Source: Octopus sinensis (taxonomy: Eukaryota). Taken from it: 64,000 nt of DNA. Below, in pieces: positions 48,797-61,523 of this stretch. The first letter of the stretch is position 1, and every line of letters begins with the position of its first letter. Below the pieces are notes generated by a model that made no database searches, had not been told where the DNA came from, and saw nothing but the letters and a program-made list of their open reading frames with translations. Made by a program: the position numbers and the translations under genes. Location: NCBI RefSeq assembly GCF_006345805.1, contig NC_043016.1, positions 29,636,001-29,700,000 of the forward strand, in the 5' to 3' direction.

Positions 48797-49403
48797 GTTT
48801 AGCATTTCTGATTGCTCTGTCAAATGTAATACTCTTTACTCTTTACTCTTTTACTTGTTTCAGTCATTTGACTGCGGCCATGCTGGAGCACCACCTTTAG
48901 TCGAGCAAATCGACCCCGGGACTTATTCTTTGTAAGCCCAGTACTTATTCTATCGGTCTCTTTTGCCGAACCGCTAAGTGACGGGGACGTAAACACACCA
49001 GCATCGGTTGTCAAGCAATGCTAGGGGGACAAACACACACATACACACACATATATATATATATATATATACATATATACGACAGGCTTCTTTCAGTTTC
49101 CGTCTACCAAATCCACTCACAAGGCATTGGTCGGCCCGGGGCTATAGCAGAAGACACTTGCCCAAGATGCCACGCAGTGGGACTGAACCCGGAACCATGT
49201 GGTTGGTTAGCAAACTACTTACCACACAGCCACTCCTGCACCTGTAATGCTTATTAATTCACATTGTTTTGAATTTTAATCGTGCATTATCTTGTAGCTT
49301 CAAAATTTCAATGGTGTCTTTGTATATATTTAGAACGACGTTGTAGGATAGGTGTGAGAGTTTGAACATAAAACAGGTAAAATATTTGGGCTGGATATAG
49401 TCA
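48797..49403. mobile_element. piggyBac-like MITE interrupted by a family-1 SINE (48831-49242) with TGTAAT TSD
   Basis: MITE sequence ..CTCTGTCAAATGTAAT | SINE | TGTAATGCTTATT.. resumes; TSD at 48825-48830 and 49243-49248. Confidence 0.8.
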
Positions 49404-50869
49404 GATTAAATACTAAAGGATTAAAGCACTTTCAGTACTTCATTTCATTGAAGAGCAGTTATTAGGTTGTGGAATTAATCCATCACCTAGTTTAACATCA
49501 TTAAGTGACCCTTGGGTGCCTTTCAGCAGAGTCCACTATGTTACAAGCATTTCAGCAAAGGGCCTCTGGGCTGCAAACGACTTTCTCCATTCTTGTTTTC
49601 AGTCTTGGAGGACCTGAAAAGCTGAAGAGGCATTAGTTGTAAATGATTGTTTTATCATTTATGATAATTGCAAATAACTGTTGTTAATTTCCAATACTCT
49701 GCAAGAAAGTATCTGGCCATGGGGCAAACATTATTTTCCAGGTGAGGGTCAGTGACAGGAAAGTCATAGAAAAATGGCATAGAAAATTCTTTTCAATAAA
49801 ACTCTGTCTGATCCATGCAAGCATGGAAAATGGACATTAAATGATGATTATTAGTATTATTATTATTAGTTGGCCCCGTGCCATCAAAAATGCTGGTTAA
49901 TTGTAGTATTTTATATATATATATATGGATGGTAAATCAAATTAATACACTTGACAATGTTGCATAGTTATTGTCTTTTGAGATGTGACATTGATTATTG
50001 TTTGTTACTGAAAGAACACCAATTCACACATACTTTCACATACTTCCCCTTGTACACGCATACACATATACTCGCACAGAGTTGAAACGCTGTTTGATTT
50101 TTCTTTTCAGCATTGAAAGTTCACTGTCCCACTTCCATTGAACACACACACACACACACACACGATTCCCTTTTACATACACACACATTTGAAACACTCC
50201 CACAACCAGTTTACCACTACCCCTTCTTCCCTTATTCATCTATCACTCCTTCCTTTCTCTCTTATGTTGTGATGGAGAAAGACACGAGTATTATTATAGT
50301 AGAAGATATATACTCACACATGAAAACACATGCATTTACACATACATGTGCACGCACACACACACATGTATAAACATACATACATAGAGACACATGCATG
50401 CACATATATACATGTACACACACTCATGCATGCACACACGCACACATTAGTTTAAAGTGCACAATCATCTGACTGTGATGGATGGATATTCTGTGCTGTT
50501 CTGTGCAACAACCATCACCAGCTTCCAGAAGTAGGCTCCACTAAATTAGCTGCCATTCTCCTGGTAGAACCTTACTCTGGACCTTGATTCACTCTTATTG
50601 TAATCAATTATCGTTAGTGGGCATCTACTGAGAATTCCTGTTGCATAGCAACTCTAGCATTACTCTGTTGCTGAACTCACTCAAGTCTGAGATATCATTT
50701 CCCACATGAGTGGTTGATATTTGCAAAGTGTCTGTTTAGTCTATAGAATTTTGGAAAGTCATATAAAGCTATACTAATCAATTTTTAACTGCCACAAACG
50801 CGCACGCGCACACACACACACACACACAGAGGCAAAATTTTGAAGTAGTTTTAGCATGAAATGCAATTG

Positions 50870-50903
<34 letters not shown>

Positions 50904-51309
50904 TATCATTTAATGTCCACTTTTCATGCTGACATGGGTTTGACGGAAACTGGTAAGCCGGAGGGCTACACCAGGTTCCAGTCTGCTTTGGCATGATTTC
51001 TATGACTGGATGCCCTTCCTAATGCCAACCACTCAGAGAGTGTAATGGGGGCGTTTTACGTTACATTTACATGACATCACCAACGGCCACAACTACAATT
51101 TCATTTGGCTTGATGAGTTTTCATAAGCACAGCATATTGTCAAAAGGTCTTGGTCACTTATCATCATGTCTGTTAAGCCTGACATTTGAAGATCATGCTA
51201 CTGGTAATGGCTACAATTACGATTTCGTGGGTGGTGCCATTCACATGGCACTGGCAACAGCCAGCTTTCATATTTCTTAAGTTAGCATGCTCCATAGGCA
51301 TGACTCTCT

Positions 51310-51353
<44 letters not shown>

Positions 51354-52738
51354 ATATGATGCTAACTGAGACCAGAAAATTATTACTTGCATGACTCTCT
51401 GATAAGAAGTTTGGTTCCGAACCACATGGCTCTTGGTTAAGTCCTACTGCATGGCACCTTGGGAAAAATGTCTTCTGCCATAGCTCCATCTCACCAAAAC
51501 TTTATGAGTGGATTTTTATAGATTTGTGTGTATGTGTGTGTGTCTTTGTTTGTCCCTCATCACCACTTGACAACCAATGTTAGTTTGTTTACATCCCCAC
51601 AACTTAACAGTTCAGCAAAAGAGACAGAATAAGTACCAGACTTAAGAAAATATAAATTCTAGAGTTGATTTGTGCAAAGTAGGGCCACAGCTTGGCTACA
51701 GTCCAATGACTAAAGCAAGTAAATGGTAAAAGATAACAGAAGTAATTAGTGTATTAACATTGGAAATGTTCTGTGTTGCTCACTAAGAGCTTGAAATTTA
51801 AGCAAATGAATTGGAAGTGGATGAAAATGCAAAAGACAAAGACAGTCTCACTATTTACTGATGATGTATAATATGGTACCTGGATATCTGGAATTATAAT
51901 TAATGAAAGACATAGTTTCCTCTCAAGAATATTGTTGTTTAACTCCAGGTCGGTCCTTATTAAGCAGATCTATAGTCAGTGGTGTTCCAGTTATGATCAT
52001 CCTGTCTATTTCCCGGCTGTGTTGCGCCTAGGGAATAGCTACTGTTTCTTGGAGATTGAACCCCTACTTACCCACACACACACACACATAATGGCAGAGC
52101 TTCAAAGACTGGGATGGAGAAGATTTCTGTGCCAACAATGCTTAAGCTGGTGACTCTTGGTCCTAAAATGTGGAAGAGTGCTTGCATGCATGGTTGCTTC
52201 CCAACCACATGGTTTGTGGTTCAGTCCCACTGCATGGCACCTCGGACAAATGCCATCTACTGTAACCCTGAACCAACCAAAACCTTTTGAGTGGATTTGG
52301 TAGAAGGAAACTGAAAGAAGCGTATCACATATATGTGTGTGTGTGTGTTTGTCCCCACCATCACTGCTTGACAACTGGTGCTGCTGTTCACATTCCTGTA
52401 ACTTAGCGGTTTGGCAAAAGAACTGATAGAATAAGTAGCAGGCTTTAAAAAAATCAAGTACTGGGGTCAGTACATTCAACTAAAACTACTTCATGGTGAT
52501 GCCCCAGAATGGCTGCAGTCTAATGACTGGAAAAAGTAAAAAGGTAAATAGATGCAAAGTGTCCAATTTGTAGTCAAACTTAAACGAGCTGTCTATAATG
52601 TTGTCTTCAGTTGTGGCTGGCAGACTTCAAAGAATAATTCACTGACTTCATCTTGAGGAAATGTGTTTTTAAATTTTGTGGTCAGCTCTTGAAGGGGTGA
52701 TTGAGCCTCTATGTAGTTGCTCAACTTGCAAGAAGTAA

Positions 52739-53142
52739 AGGCGAAGGAGTGGCTGTGTGGTAAGTAGCTTGCTTACAAACCACATGGTTCTGGGTTCAGT
52801 CCCACTGCATGGCACTTTGGGAAAGTGTCTTCTACTATAGCTTCGGGCCTACCAAAGCCTTGTGAGTGGATTTGGTAGAAGCAAACTGAAAGAAGCCCGT
52901 TGTATGTATATATATATATATGTATGCGTGTGTATATGTTTGTGTGTCTGTGTTTGTCCCCCCAACATCGCTTGACAACCGATGCTGGTGTGTTTAAGTC
53001 CCAGTAACTTAGTGGTTTGGCAAAAGAGACCGATAGAATAAGTACTAGGCTTACAAAGAATAAGTCCTGGGGTCGATTTGCTCGACTAAAGGCGGTGCTC
53101 CAGCATGGCCACAGTCAAATGACTGAAACAAGTAAAAGAGTA
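52739..53142 (+). mobile_element. SINE family 1, sense-orientation intact copy
   Basis: GGAGTGGCTGTGTGGTAAGTAGC ... GACTGAAACAAGTAAAAGAGTA. Confidence 0.9.
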
Positions 53143-53198
53143 AGTGGTATGAAGGATATTAACCAAATATTCTTCATACCACACCTTAGCATGGAGGA

Positions 53199-53242
<44 letters not shown>

Positions 53243-54115
53243 GTATTTGATAATATTGTTCTGAATGAACTGTGCCTGGGGAAAGGTTGGATGGTCAAGA
53301 CTGAAAACACCTTTGATTATGCTGTCTAACACAGTTTTTGTCCTTCAGTAGTAACTGTTATTTCCTATTTGCTTACCCCTAGGAAGTATGAAAAGTGGCT
53401 AATATTTCCATCAAAATTTGTTTTTGTTATATTTATTCAAAGCCCAAAGATTTTCTCTCAACTCATGACTATGATGCTCCCCCCCACTACTCCTGCTCAT
53501 CATCAGAGATGTACAAATTGTCAACCACTAAGGGATATGCTTAAATGATTAAGGTTAAGCAACTGACAACTGATCTGTAGTATTGAGCAGAATATTTGCT
53601 ATAACGATATTTCTGCTTCAGCAGTGAATCTGTCTGAAATGTAATGGAAAATAGGTCAGTTTCTAAACATTGATATCTAGTGACAAAAGCAAAGTTTGAA
53701 GGGAATAATTGTCATTTCCTTTGATTTCTAGATAGAAGCAAATAGGAAATAACACTGACCAAAGGCAATAAAATAGAAATAAAAATTTTGTTACACATTG
53801 TTATGGATTTGCTTAGATAGTGGTTGACTTGAGCCAAAATTATGACAACCACTTAGGGTGTTGTACTAGCTTGTGAGGCAGTGTTACCATTAAAGATTAA
53901 CATATGGTAAGGAGATGTGGTAGATATGGATAAGAGAAGATAAAAGTGAAAGGGGAAATGAATGGAGAGGAAGAGAGAAACATGTTGTAGAGACATGAGT
54001 GGAGAGGGAGAAAAACAGAGAGAGTGAGAAGAGAACAAGGAGTTGGATTAATAAGAAAAAGAGACAATGTTATTATTACCTTGTATTAAATGATTGATTA
54101 TTTTTATACTTTTAG

Positions 54116-54273
54116 TTGCAACAAAACCATTAAAGCCATCCAAAAATCAATTACTAGTGCATAAAAGCAACACGTTACCTCGAACTAGAAGTACATCAAC
54201 TTCAACCCTGCGAGAAAGTCCAACTTTATCACCTAAAAAACAGGTTCACAAACGACAGTTATCACAACCTGAT
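54116..54273 (+). CDS. SPAST: Spastin exon (basic Ser/Thr-rich linker, probable microtubule-binding region): (V)ATKPLKPSKNQLLVHKSNTLPRTRSTSTSTLRESPTLSPKKQVHKRQLSQPD
   Basis: TTTTAG acceptor, GAT|GTAAGT donor, 158 nt, phase 1-0. The SNTLPR motif resembles vertebrate SNSLPR. Confidence 0.88.
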
Positions 54274-54434
54274 GTAAGTTACTTTTTATTATTATTTCAT
54301 GTAGACAAAGTCAATATGATTGGAATTCTTTTTATGGCTACCATTGTTAAGGCAAAACAGTTTTGTTTTTATGCAATAAAAATTCTATATATTTTATCTG
54401 ATTTTATGGGTCTTAAATTTTTACATTTTTCTCA

Positions 54435-54851
54435 TACTCTTTTACTCTCTTTTACTCTTTTACTTGTTTCAGTCATTTGACTACGGCCATGCTGGAGCAC
54501 CGCCTTTAGTCGAGCAATTCGACCCTGGGACTTATTCTTTGTAAGCCCAGTACTTATTATATCGGTCCCTTTTGCCGAACCGCTAAGTGACGGGGACGTA
54601 AAACACACCAGCATCGGTTGTCAAGCAATGTTGGTGGGGGGACAAACATAGACACACAAACACACACACACACACACATATATATACATATATACGACAG
54701 GCTTCTTTCAGTTTCCGTCTACCAAATCCACTCACAAGGCATTGGTCGGCCCGGGGCTATAGTAGAAGACACTTGCCCAAGATGCCACGCAGTGGGATTG
54801 AACCCGGAACCATGTGGTTGGTTAGCAAGCTACTTACCACACAGCCACTCC
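54435..54851 (-). mobile_element. SINE family 1, intact antisense copy
   Basis: Inverted relative to 52739-53142; about 160 bp downstream of the exon donor at 54273. Confidence 0.9.
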
Positions 54852-55488
54852 AAATGAGTAGTACATGTATTTCAAAGGGCCAATCGTGTCACACTCAGTG
54901 TCATGCTGAATCTCCCCGAGAACTACATTAAGGGTACAATTCTCCACAGTGTCTGTGGAGTGCTCAGCCACTTCCATGTTGATTTCATGCGCAGGCTGTT
55001 CCATTGATCAGATCGACTGGAACCCTCTTCGTCATAACCGACAGAGTGACAGTAAATTAAGTTAGAAAAAATAAACAAATATTTTCTCTAAAACGCCTGT
55101 AATGTTATGTCTTTTAACCTTTTAGCATTCAGATTACTCTGTCAGATGTAATGCTTATTTATTCACATTGTTTTCAATTGATCATGCATTATCTCATAGC
55201 TTTGAGATTTCAATGATGTGATTGTTTTTAGAATATTTTTGTTTTTTTGCAGAGTAGGTGTGAAAGGCCTGTTTGAACATAAAACAGATAGAATATTTGG
55301 GCTGGATACGGCCAGTTTAAATGCTAAAGGATTAATACAAATTTAAAAGTAACATTATCTAGTATTCTCCTGTTGTCCAGTTCTCACTGTATTCTTTGAT
55401 ATATATTCAGGAGTGTCAAGGAATTTTAGAGGAATAAATATGTTTTAGAAAATTGGTATGAGATCTTATTAAAACTGTTTTCTTTCAG

Positions 55489-55615
55489 ATGAAAAGCTCT
55501 CCGAAAAAAGAAAAACAGTTACCTGCTAGTTTTAAAAACGTTGACAAAAAATTGGCTAACCTCATTTTAAATGAGATTGTTGATTCGGGCCCACCGGTTG
55601 CATTTAATGATGTTG
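55489..55615 (+). CDS. SPAST: Spastin exon: MKSSPKKEKQLPASFKNVDKKLANLILNEIVDSGPPVAFNDV
   Basis: TTTTCTTTCAG acceptor, GTTG|GTAAGT donor, 127 nt, phase 0-1. Conserved KNVDxxLAxLIxNEIVD motif preceding the AAA domain. Confidence 0.96.
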
Positions 55616-57169
55616 GTAAGTTTCATATTTATTTTATTTCATTTCTACTAATCTTAATAAGTGACATATTGATATATATATATATATATCGCCATGATAG
55701 ATCGCTAGCCACTACACATTCTTTATTTTCTTTCTGTGAAAGAGCGTAGGCTCGAAACATTAAAGACTTTTTCACTTCCCAAGCATCTGTTTGTTGTCTA
55801 CACCACCTGTCTTTGTCTTTTGTTTTTTTTTGTGAATTCTACCTATATATATATATATATATATATACAATACACACACACACACATACATACACACACA
55901 CTGAGTTTTATAATTGTCATATTGATATATATATATATATATTGATATGAGTTGCCAGTAGACTTAATTGTTTCCTGTATTGATACTATAATTTGGACCA
56001 TTACAGGGTTCCTTTATCAGGATCCACTCTAATACAAACATCCAGATTATATTTCTGATATAAGGATAAATTTTTATCTCAACCCATTGCTTCCTAATGT
56101 GTCTACTCCTACCTGTGTCTACTCATGATTTGTGGCACCTTCTTCCTTTTCCCCTACTGTCTCAGAAATCCTGCAAAAATGGTTTGTCTTGGACATTGTC
56201 TGCCTTCCTCTGTATAAGTCATAAAAGAAGCAGCAGCAGAGACTTGGAATATTTTATCACAGAGAAAATAGTCATACATTTTAAATTAATGGCAAATAAA
56301 TCAAAAAATGGATGCAGAAAAGGTATCAGGTCTTATGCCAACAAAGATCAATTATAAAGCTTTTATATTTCTTATGGTATATGTGAGAAAAGTTTCCACA
56401 AATTTAGAATTGTTTGAACATATTTTCTCCCAAAACAAGTTATTCTTATCCCCAAAACTACTGAACCAGAAACAGAGCTTGTAGATATTTTGCACATCTT
56501 CCTCATTCCATGTCATTCCTTTCCTACCTTTATACTAACAAGTCAGATTTTTATAGATGTGAGGTTTGCAGATATGACAAGGGTGTGAGAATTTGATACC
56601 ATTGTATATAGAATCTTTTGTACTCTAGACACAAGTCCTGAAATTTTGGGGGATGAGGAGGCAGTCGATTAGATCGACCCCAGTACACAACGGGTACTTA
56701 ATTTATCAACTCTGAAAGGATGAAAAGCAAAGTTGAACTCAGCAGAATTTGAACTCGGAACATAAAGACAGATGAAATACCACTAAGCATTTTGCCTGGT
56801 GTGCTAATGTTTCTGTCAGCTTGCCACCTTACATTGTATATAGAATACATCATCAACGATGCTTGTATTGGAAATGGGACATTACTGTATACATAATGAT
56901 GATGATTATATTGATGTTGACAACAGCTTCTTTCATCATCATTATAATTTCAGTGTTTGCTTTTCCATGCTCACTTGAGTTGGATGGGATTTGTTGAGGC
57001 AGATTTTCTATGGCTGGATACCCTTCCTGTTTCCAAGCAAAGTAAAATTTCCTCATAGACAGACACGTTTTTTTCATGGAAGACTGGAAATGGACACCAC
57101 ATGCATAATGGTGATATTCATTTACAACTATCATGTTCGGTCAAGGAATGGAGGCAGCAAAACATACAA

Positions 57170-58380
57170 CACACACACACACACACACACACTCTCTCTC
57201 TCTTTCTCTCTCTCACTCAACTCGCCACTCTCACATACACACACGCACACACACACTCTCTCTCTCTTTCTCTTGCTCTCTCACTCACTCCACCTCACAA
57301 TACACACACACGCACACACACACTCTCCTCGTCTCCCTTTCTCTCTCACTCACGCACTCTCACATACCACACACGCACACACACCACTCTCTCTCTCTTT
57401 CTCTCTCACTCACTCGCACTCTCACATACACACACGCACACACACACTCTCTCTCTCTTTCTCTCTCACTCACTCGCACTCTCACATACACACACGCACA
57501 CACACACTCTCTCTCTCTTTCTCTCTCACTCACTCGCACTCTCACATACACACACGCACACACACACTCTCTCTCTCTTTCTCTCTCACTCACTCGCACT
57601 CTCACATACACACACGCACACACACACTCTCTCTCTCTTTCTCTCTCACTCACTCGCACTCTCACATACACCCACAACGCACACACACACTCTCTCTTCT
57701 TTCTCTCTCACTCACTCGCACTCACATACACACACACGCACACACAAAATCTCTCTCTCTTTCTCTCTCACTCACTCGCACTTTCACATACACACACGCA
57801 CACCACACACTCCCTCGCTCTCCTCTTTCTCCTCACTCACTCGCACTCTCACTACACACACGCAACACCACACTCTCTCTCCTCTCTTCTCTCTCACTCA
57901 CTCGCACTCTCACATACACACACGCACACACACACTCTCTCTCCTTTCTCTCTCTCACTCACTCGCACTCCACTCTCACATACACACGCACACACACACT
58001 CTCTCTCTCGCTTTCTCTCTCACTCACTCGCACTCTCACATACACACACGCACACCACACTCTCTCTCACTCTCTCTCTCTCTCTCTCTCACTCACTCGC
58101 ACTCTCACATACACACACGCACACACACACTCTCTCTCTCTTTCTCTCTCACTCACTCGCACTCTCACATACACACAACGCAACACACACACTCTCTCTC
58201 TCTTTCTCTCACTCACTCTCACCTCTCTCGCACATACACACACGCACACACACACTCTCTCTCTCTTTCTCTCTCTCACTCACTCGCTCTCTCACTCAAT
58301 ACACACACACACACACACACTCTCTCTCTCTTTCTCTCTCACTCACTCGCACTCTCACATACACACACGCACACACACAC
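57170..58380. repeat. 60-bp CT/CA composite minisatellite, about 20 units
   Basis: Unit CTCACATACACACACGCACACACACACTCTCTCTCTCTTTCTCTCTCACTCACTCGCACT is identical four times at 57421-57660; flanking units are degenerate with small indels. Confidence 0.95.
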
Positions 58381-58427
58381 TTACGCATGTGCGTGTTTGT
58401 GTGTATGTCTCTGTGTATGTATGTATC

Positions 58428-58513
<86 letters not shown>

Positions 58514-59160
58514 TATATACATACATTCTGCAGAGTGGTTGGTGTTAAGAAGGGCATCCAGCTGTAGAATCCTTACCAAAACAGACACAGTAGCCTAAGG
58601 TAAATTTTCTACCTGGCCAACTCCTGTCATCCATCCTACTCATGCATGCATGGAAGATGGACATTAATCGATGATGATCCCCTCTCTCTCTTTCGGAGAG
58701 GCACTGAGCAGCTATACGCACACATACACACACGGCAGTAACTTCCACCTACCGAATTCAACCACAAAGCTCCGGTCGGCTCGGGGCTATAGTGGAAGAC
58801 ACGTACCCAAAGTGCCACGCAGCGGGACTGAACCCGAAACCATGTAGCTAGGAACCCCCCCACATACACATACATAAAGGATCTTCACTTTGCAAGTTAC
58901 TTGATGACCCTGCCAGTGCTGGTGCTGTGTAAAAAGTATTATGTTCACTCTGTAAAGTGGTTGGCATTAGGAAGTGCATCCAGCCATAAAAACCCTACCA
59001 AAAACATGCAGTAGAGCCTGGTGCTGGCCTCTGGCTTGCCAGCTTCTGTCTAACAGCCCAACCCATGCCAGCATGGAAAACGAATGTCAAATGATTATGA
59101 TGATGATTGAGAGATTGATATACACATGACAGGTTTCAGTTTTCCTCCTTTCAAATCCAA

Positions 59161-59499
59161 TACTCTTTTACTCTTTGTACCCTTTTACTTGTTTCAGTCA
59201 TTTGACTGCGGCCATGCTGGAGCACCACCACCTTTATCGAGCAACTCGACCCCGGGACTTATTCTTTTGTAAGCCCAGTACTTATTCTATCGGTCTCTTT
59301 TGCCGAACCGCTAAGTAACGGGACATAAACACACCAGCATCGGTTGTCAAGCAATGCTAGGGGGACAAACACAGACACACAAACACACACACGCATATAT
59401 ATATATACATATATACGACGGGCTTCTTTCAGTTTCCGTCTACCAAATCCACTCACAAGGCTTTGGTCAGCCCGAGGCTATAGTAGAAGACACTTGCCC
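59161..59499 (-). mobile_element. SINE family 1, head-truncated antisense copy
   Basis: Matches the family-1 body and tail and stops at CACTTGCCC, about 105 bp upstream of the exon at 59605. Confidence 0.88.
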
Positions 59500-59604
59500 G
59501 TTAAATTTATATAATAATAATTCGTATACCCATGCAATTTACTGTTGTGTGAGCTTTTTAGTTTTACTTTTAAAATTTTTAATTCTTTTTTTTAATGTTT
59601 TTAG

Positions 59605-59669
59605 CTGGACAACAAATTGCTAAACAAGCCCTGCAAGAAATTGTTATTTTACCTTCCCTGCGACCTGAG
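59605..59669 (+). CDS. SPAST: Spastin exon: (A)[21 protein letters not shown]
   Basis: TTTTTAG acceptor, GAG|GTAATT donor, 65 nt, phase 1-0. Near-identical to vertebrate [22 protein letters not shown]. Confidence 0.97.
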
Positions 59670-60635
59670 GTAATTATTTTTCCACTTGACCTTCATCCTG
59701 ACTACCAGTCATTAGTTTTATGTTTTCACATATGATTCTTTTATTCTTTTACTTGTTTCAGTCATTTGACCGCAGCCATGCTGGAGCAAAGCCTTAAAGG
59801 ATTTTAGACAAGCAAATTGACTCCCAGGAATTATTCTTTGTAAGCCTGGTACTTATTCTATCAGCCTGTTTTGCCAAACTGCTAAGTTAAGGGGACATCA
59901 ACACACCAGCACTGGTATATATATGATGGGCTTCTTTCAGTTTCCGTCTACTAAATTCACTCAGAAGGTTTCGGTCATCCTGACGCTATAGTAGAAGGCA
60001 CTTGCCCAAGGTGAAACACTGTGGGACTGAACCCAGAACCATGTGGTTGGCAAGCAAGCTACATACCCACACAGCAATGCCTGCTATATAGAAATTATTA
60101 ATATCTGTGTCTGGTGCTCAGTGAAAAGAATGTAACAGTGATGTTCACTGAATATGCTGCTCTGCATTTATTTCAGAAGAAAGTCACAATGTGTAACTAT
60201 GGGTTTGATTATTTCTTTAGAGGAGATGTAACATTGGAAACATAATTACATGCATGCACACTTGTGTACACACACACACACACACAATATATATATATAT
60301 GTGAATTGTAGTCATAGTTGTTACTGGTGCCATGTAAAGGACACCCATGCATTGTAGTCATGGTCGTTGTCAGTGCCATATAAATGGCACCCACCCATGA
60401 ATTGTAGTTGTGGTTGCTACCAGTGTCATGTAAATGGCACCTATGCCAGTGGCACGTAAAAACACCCATTATACTCATAGTATGGTTGGCACTAGGAAGG
60501 GCATCCAGGTGTAGAAACCATGCCAAATCAGACTGGAACCCGGTGCAGCTCCCTGGCTCATCAGCTCAAGTTAAACTCTGTAACCCATTTGTTATTTATG
60601 TTTGAGTTGCATAATAGTGGTTTTATCTCTAATTC

Positions 60636-60678
<43 letters not shown>

Positions 60679-61421
60679 ATTATGGAATGGAGTTGATAAA
60701 ATCCAGGCTACATAGGTTTCACAGCTAGCGGAACCTCAGCAGATGTAAATTATCCAAACGAGGGAGTAGATTGCAAGCCACTGAGGCTAACGACACTTTG
60801 ATTATACGAAGTTTACATTGTCATTAAGAGATCCTGTGTTAATTTGTTGGGAATTTGATTGAAATGCGCCAACCTTCTGTGCCAATTAATCACTATTGTT
60901 CCTGAAAGTTTTACATCTACGTTTTGCTTGAAGCTCACTAACTGCCTATACCTTGATCCTGGGATCTTATCTTTACATGTGTGTGTGTGTGTGTGTGTGT
61001 GTATGCATTTTTCATGCCTTGTTCGTGGGCTAACAAGGTAACGAATGGTTTAATGTGAAATGATCTTAACAATTGTTCAAGTGCCTCCAAAATGGAGATG
61101 AGTACCTTTGGTGTTGAGCATTCATTTTCTAACAGAATAAGTACCAGACTTTAAAAAATAAAAGTGCTAGGGTTGATTTGTATGTCTAAATCTTGTTAAG
61201 TGGTGCTCCAGCATGGTCACAGATTAATGAAAGAAACAGGTAAAAGATAAACTCAAATTTTGTAAAGTCAAACATTCAAATTCAGATGTTTTAAAATATT
61301 AATATTTTCAATATAATAAAACACTCGTATTTGTTGAAATGATTAGTTATTGATTAATGATAATTGTTAATTTTTGTCTCACCTTTCTTTTTTTTTTTTT
61401 GTTATTCTTAATTTCCTTTAA

Positions 61422-61523
<102 letters not shown>

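Noticed and set aside
56991-58598. Long ORFs of 535, 488 and 471 aa
   Set aside because: All three frames read through a stop-free CT/CA minisatellite, giving THTLSL-type low-complexity products with no domain or splice support.
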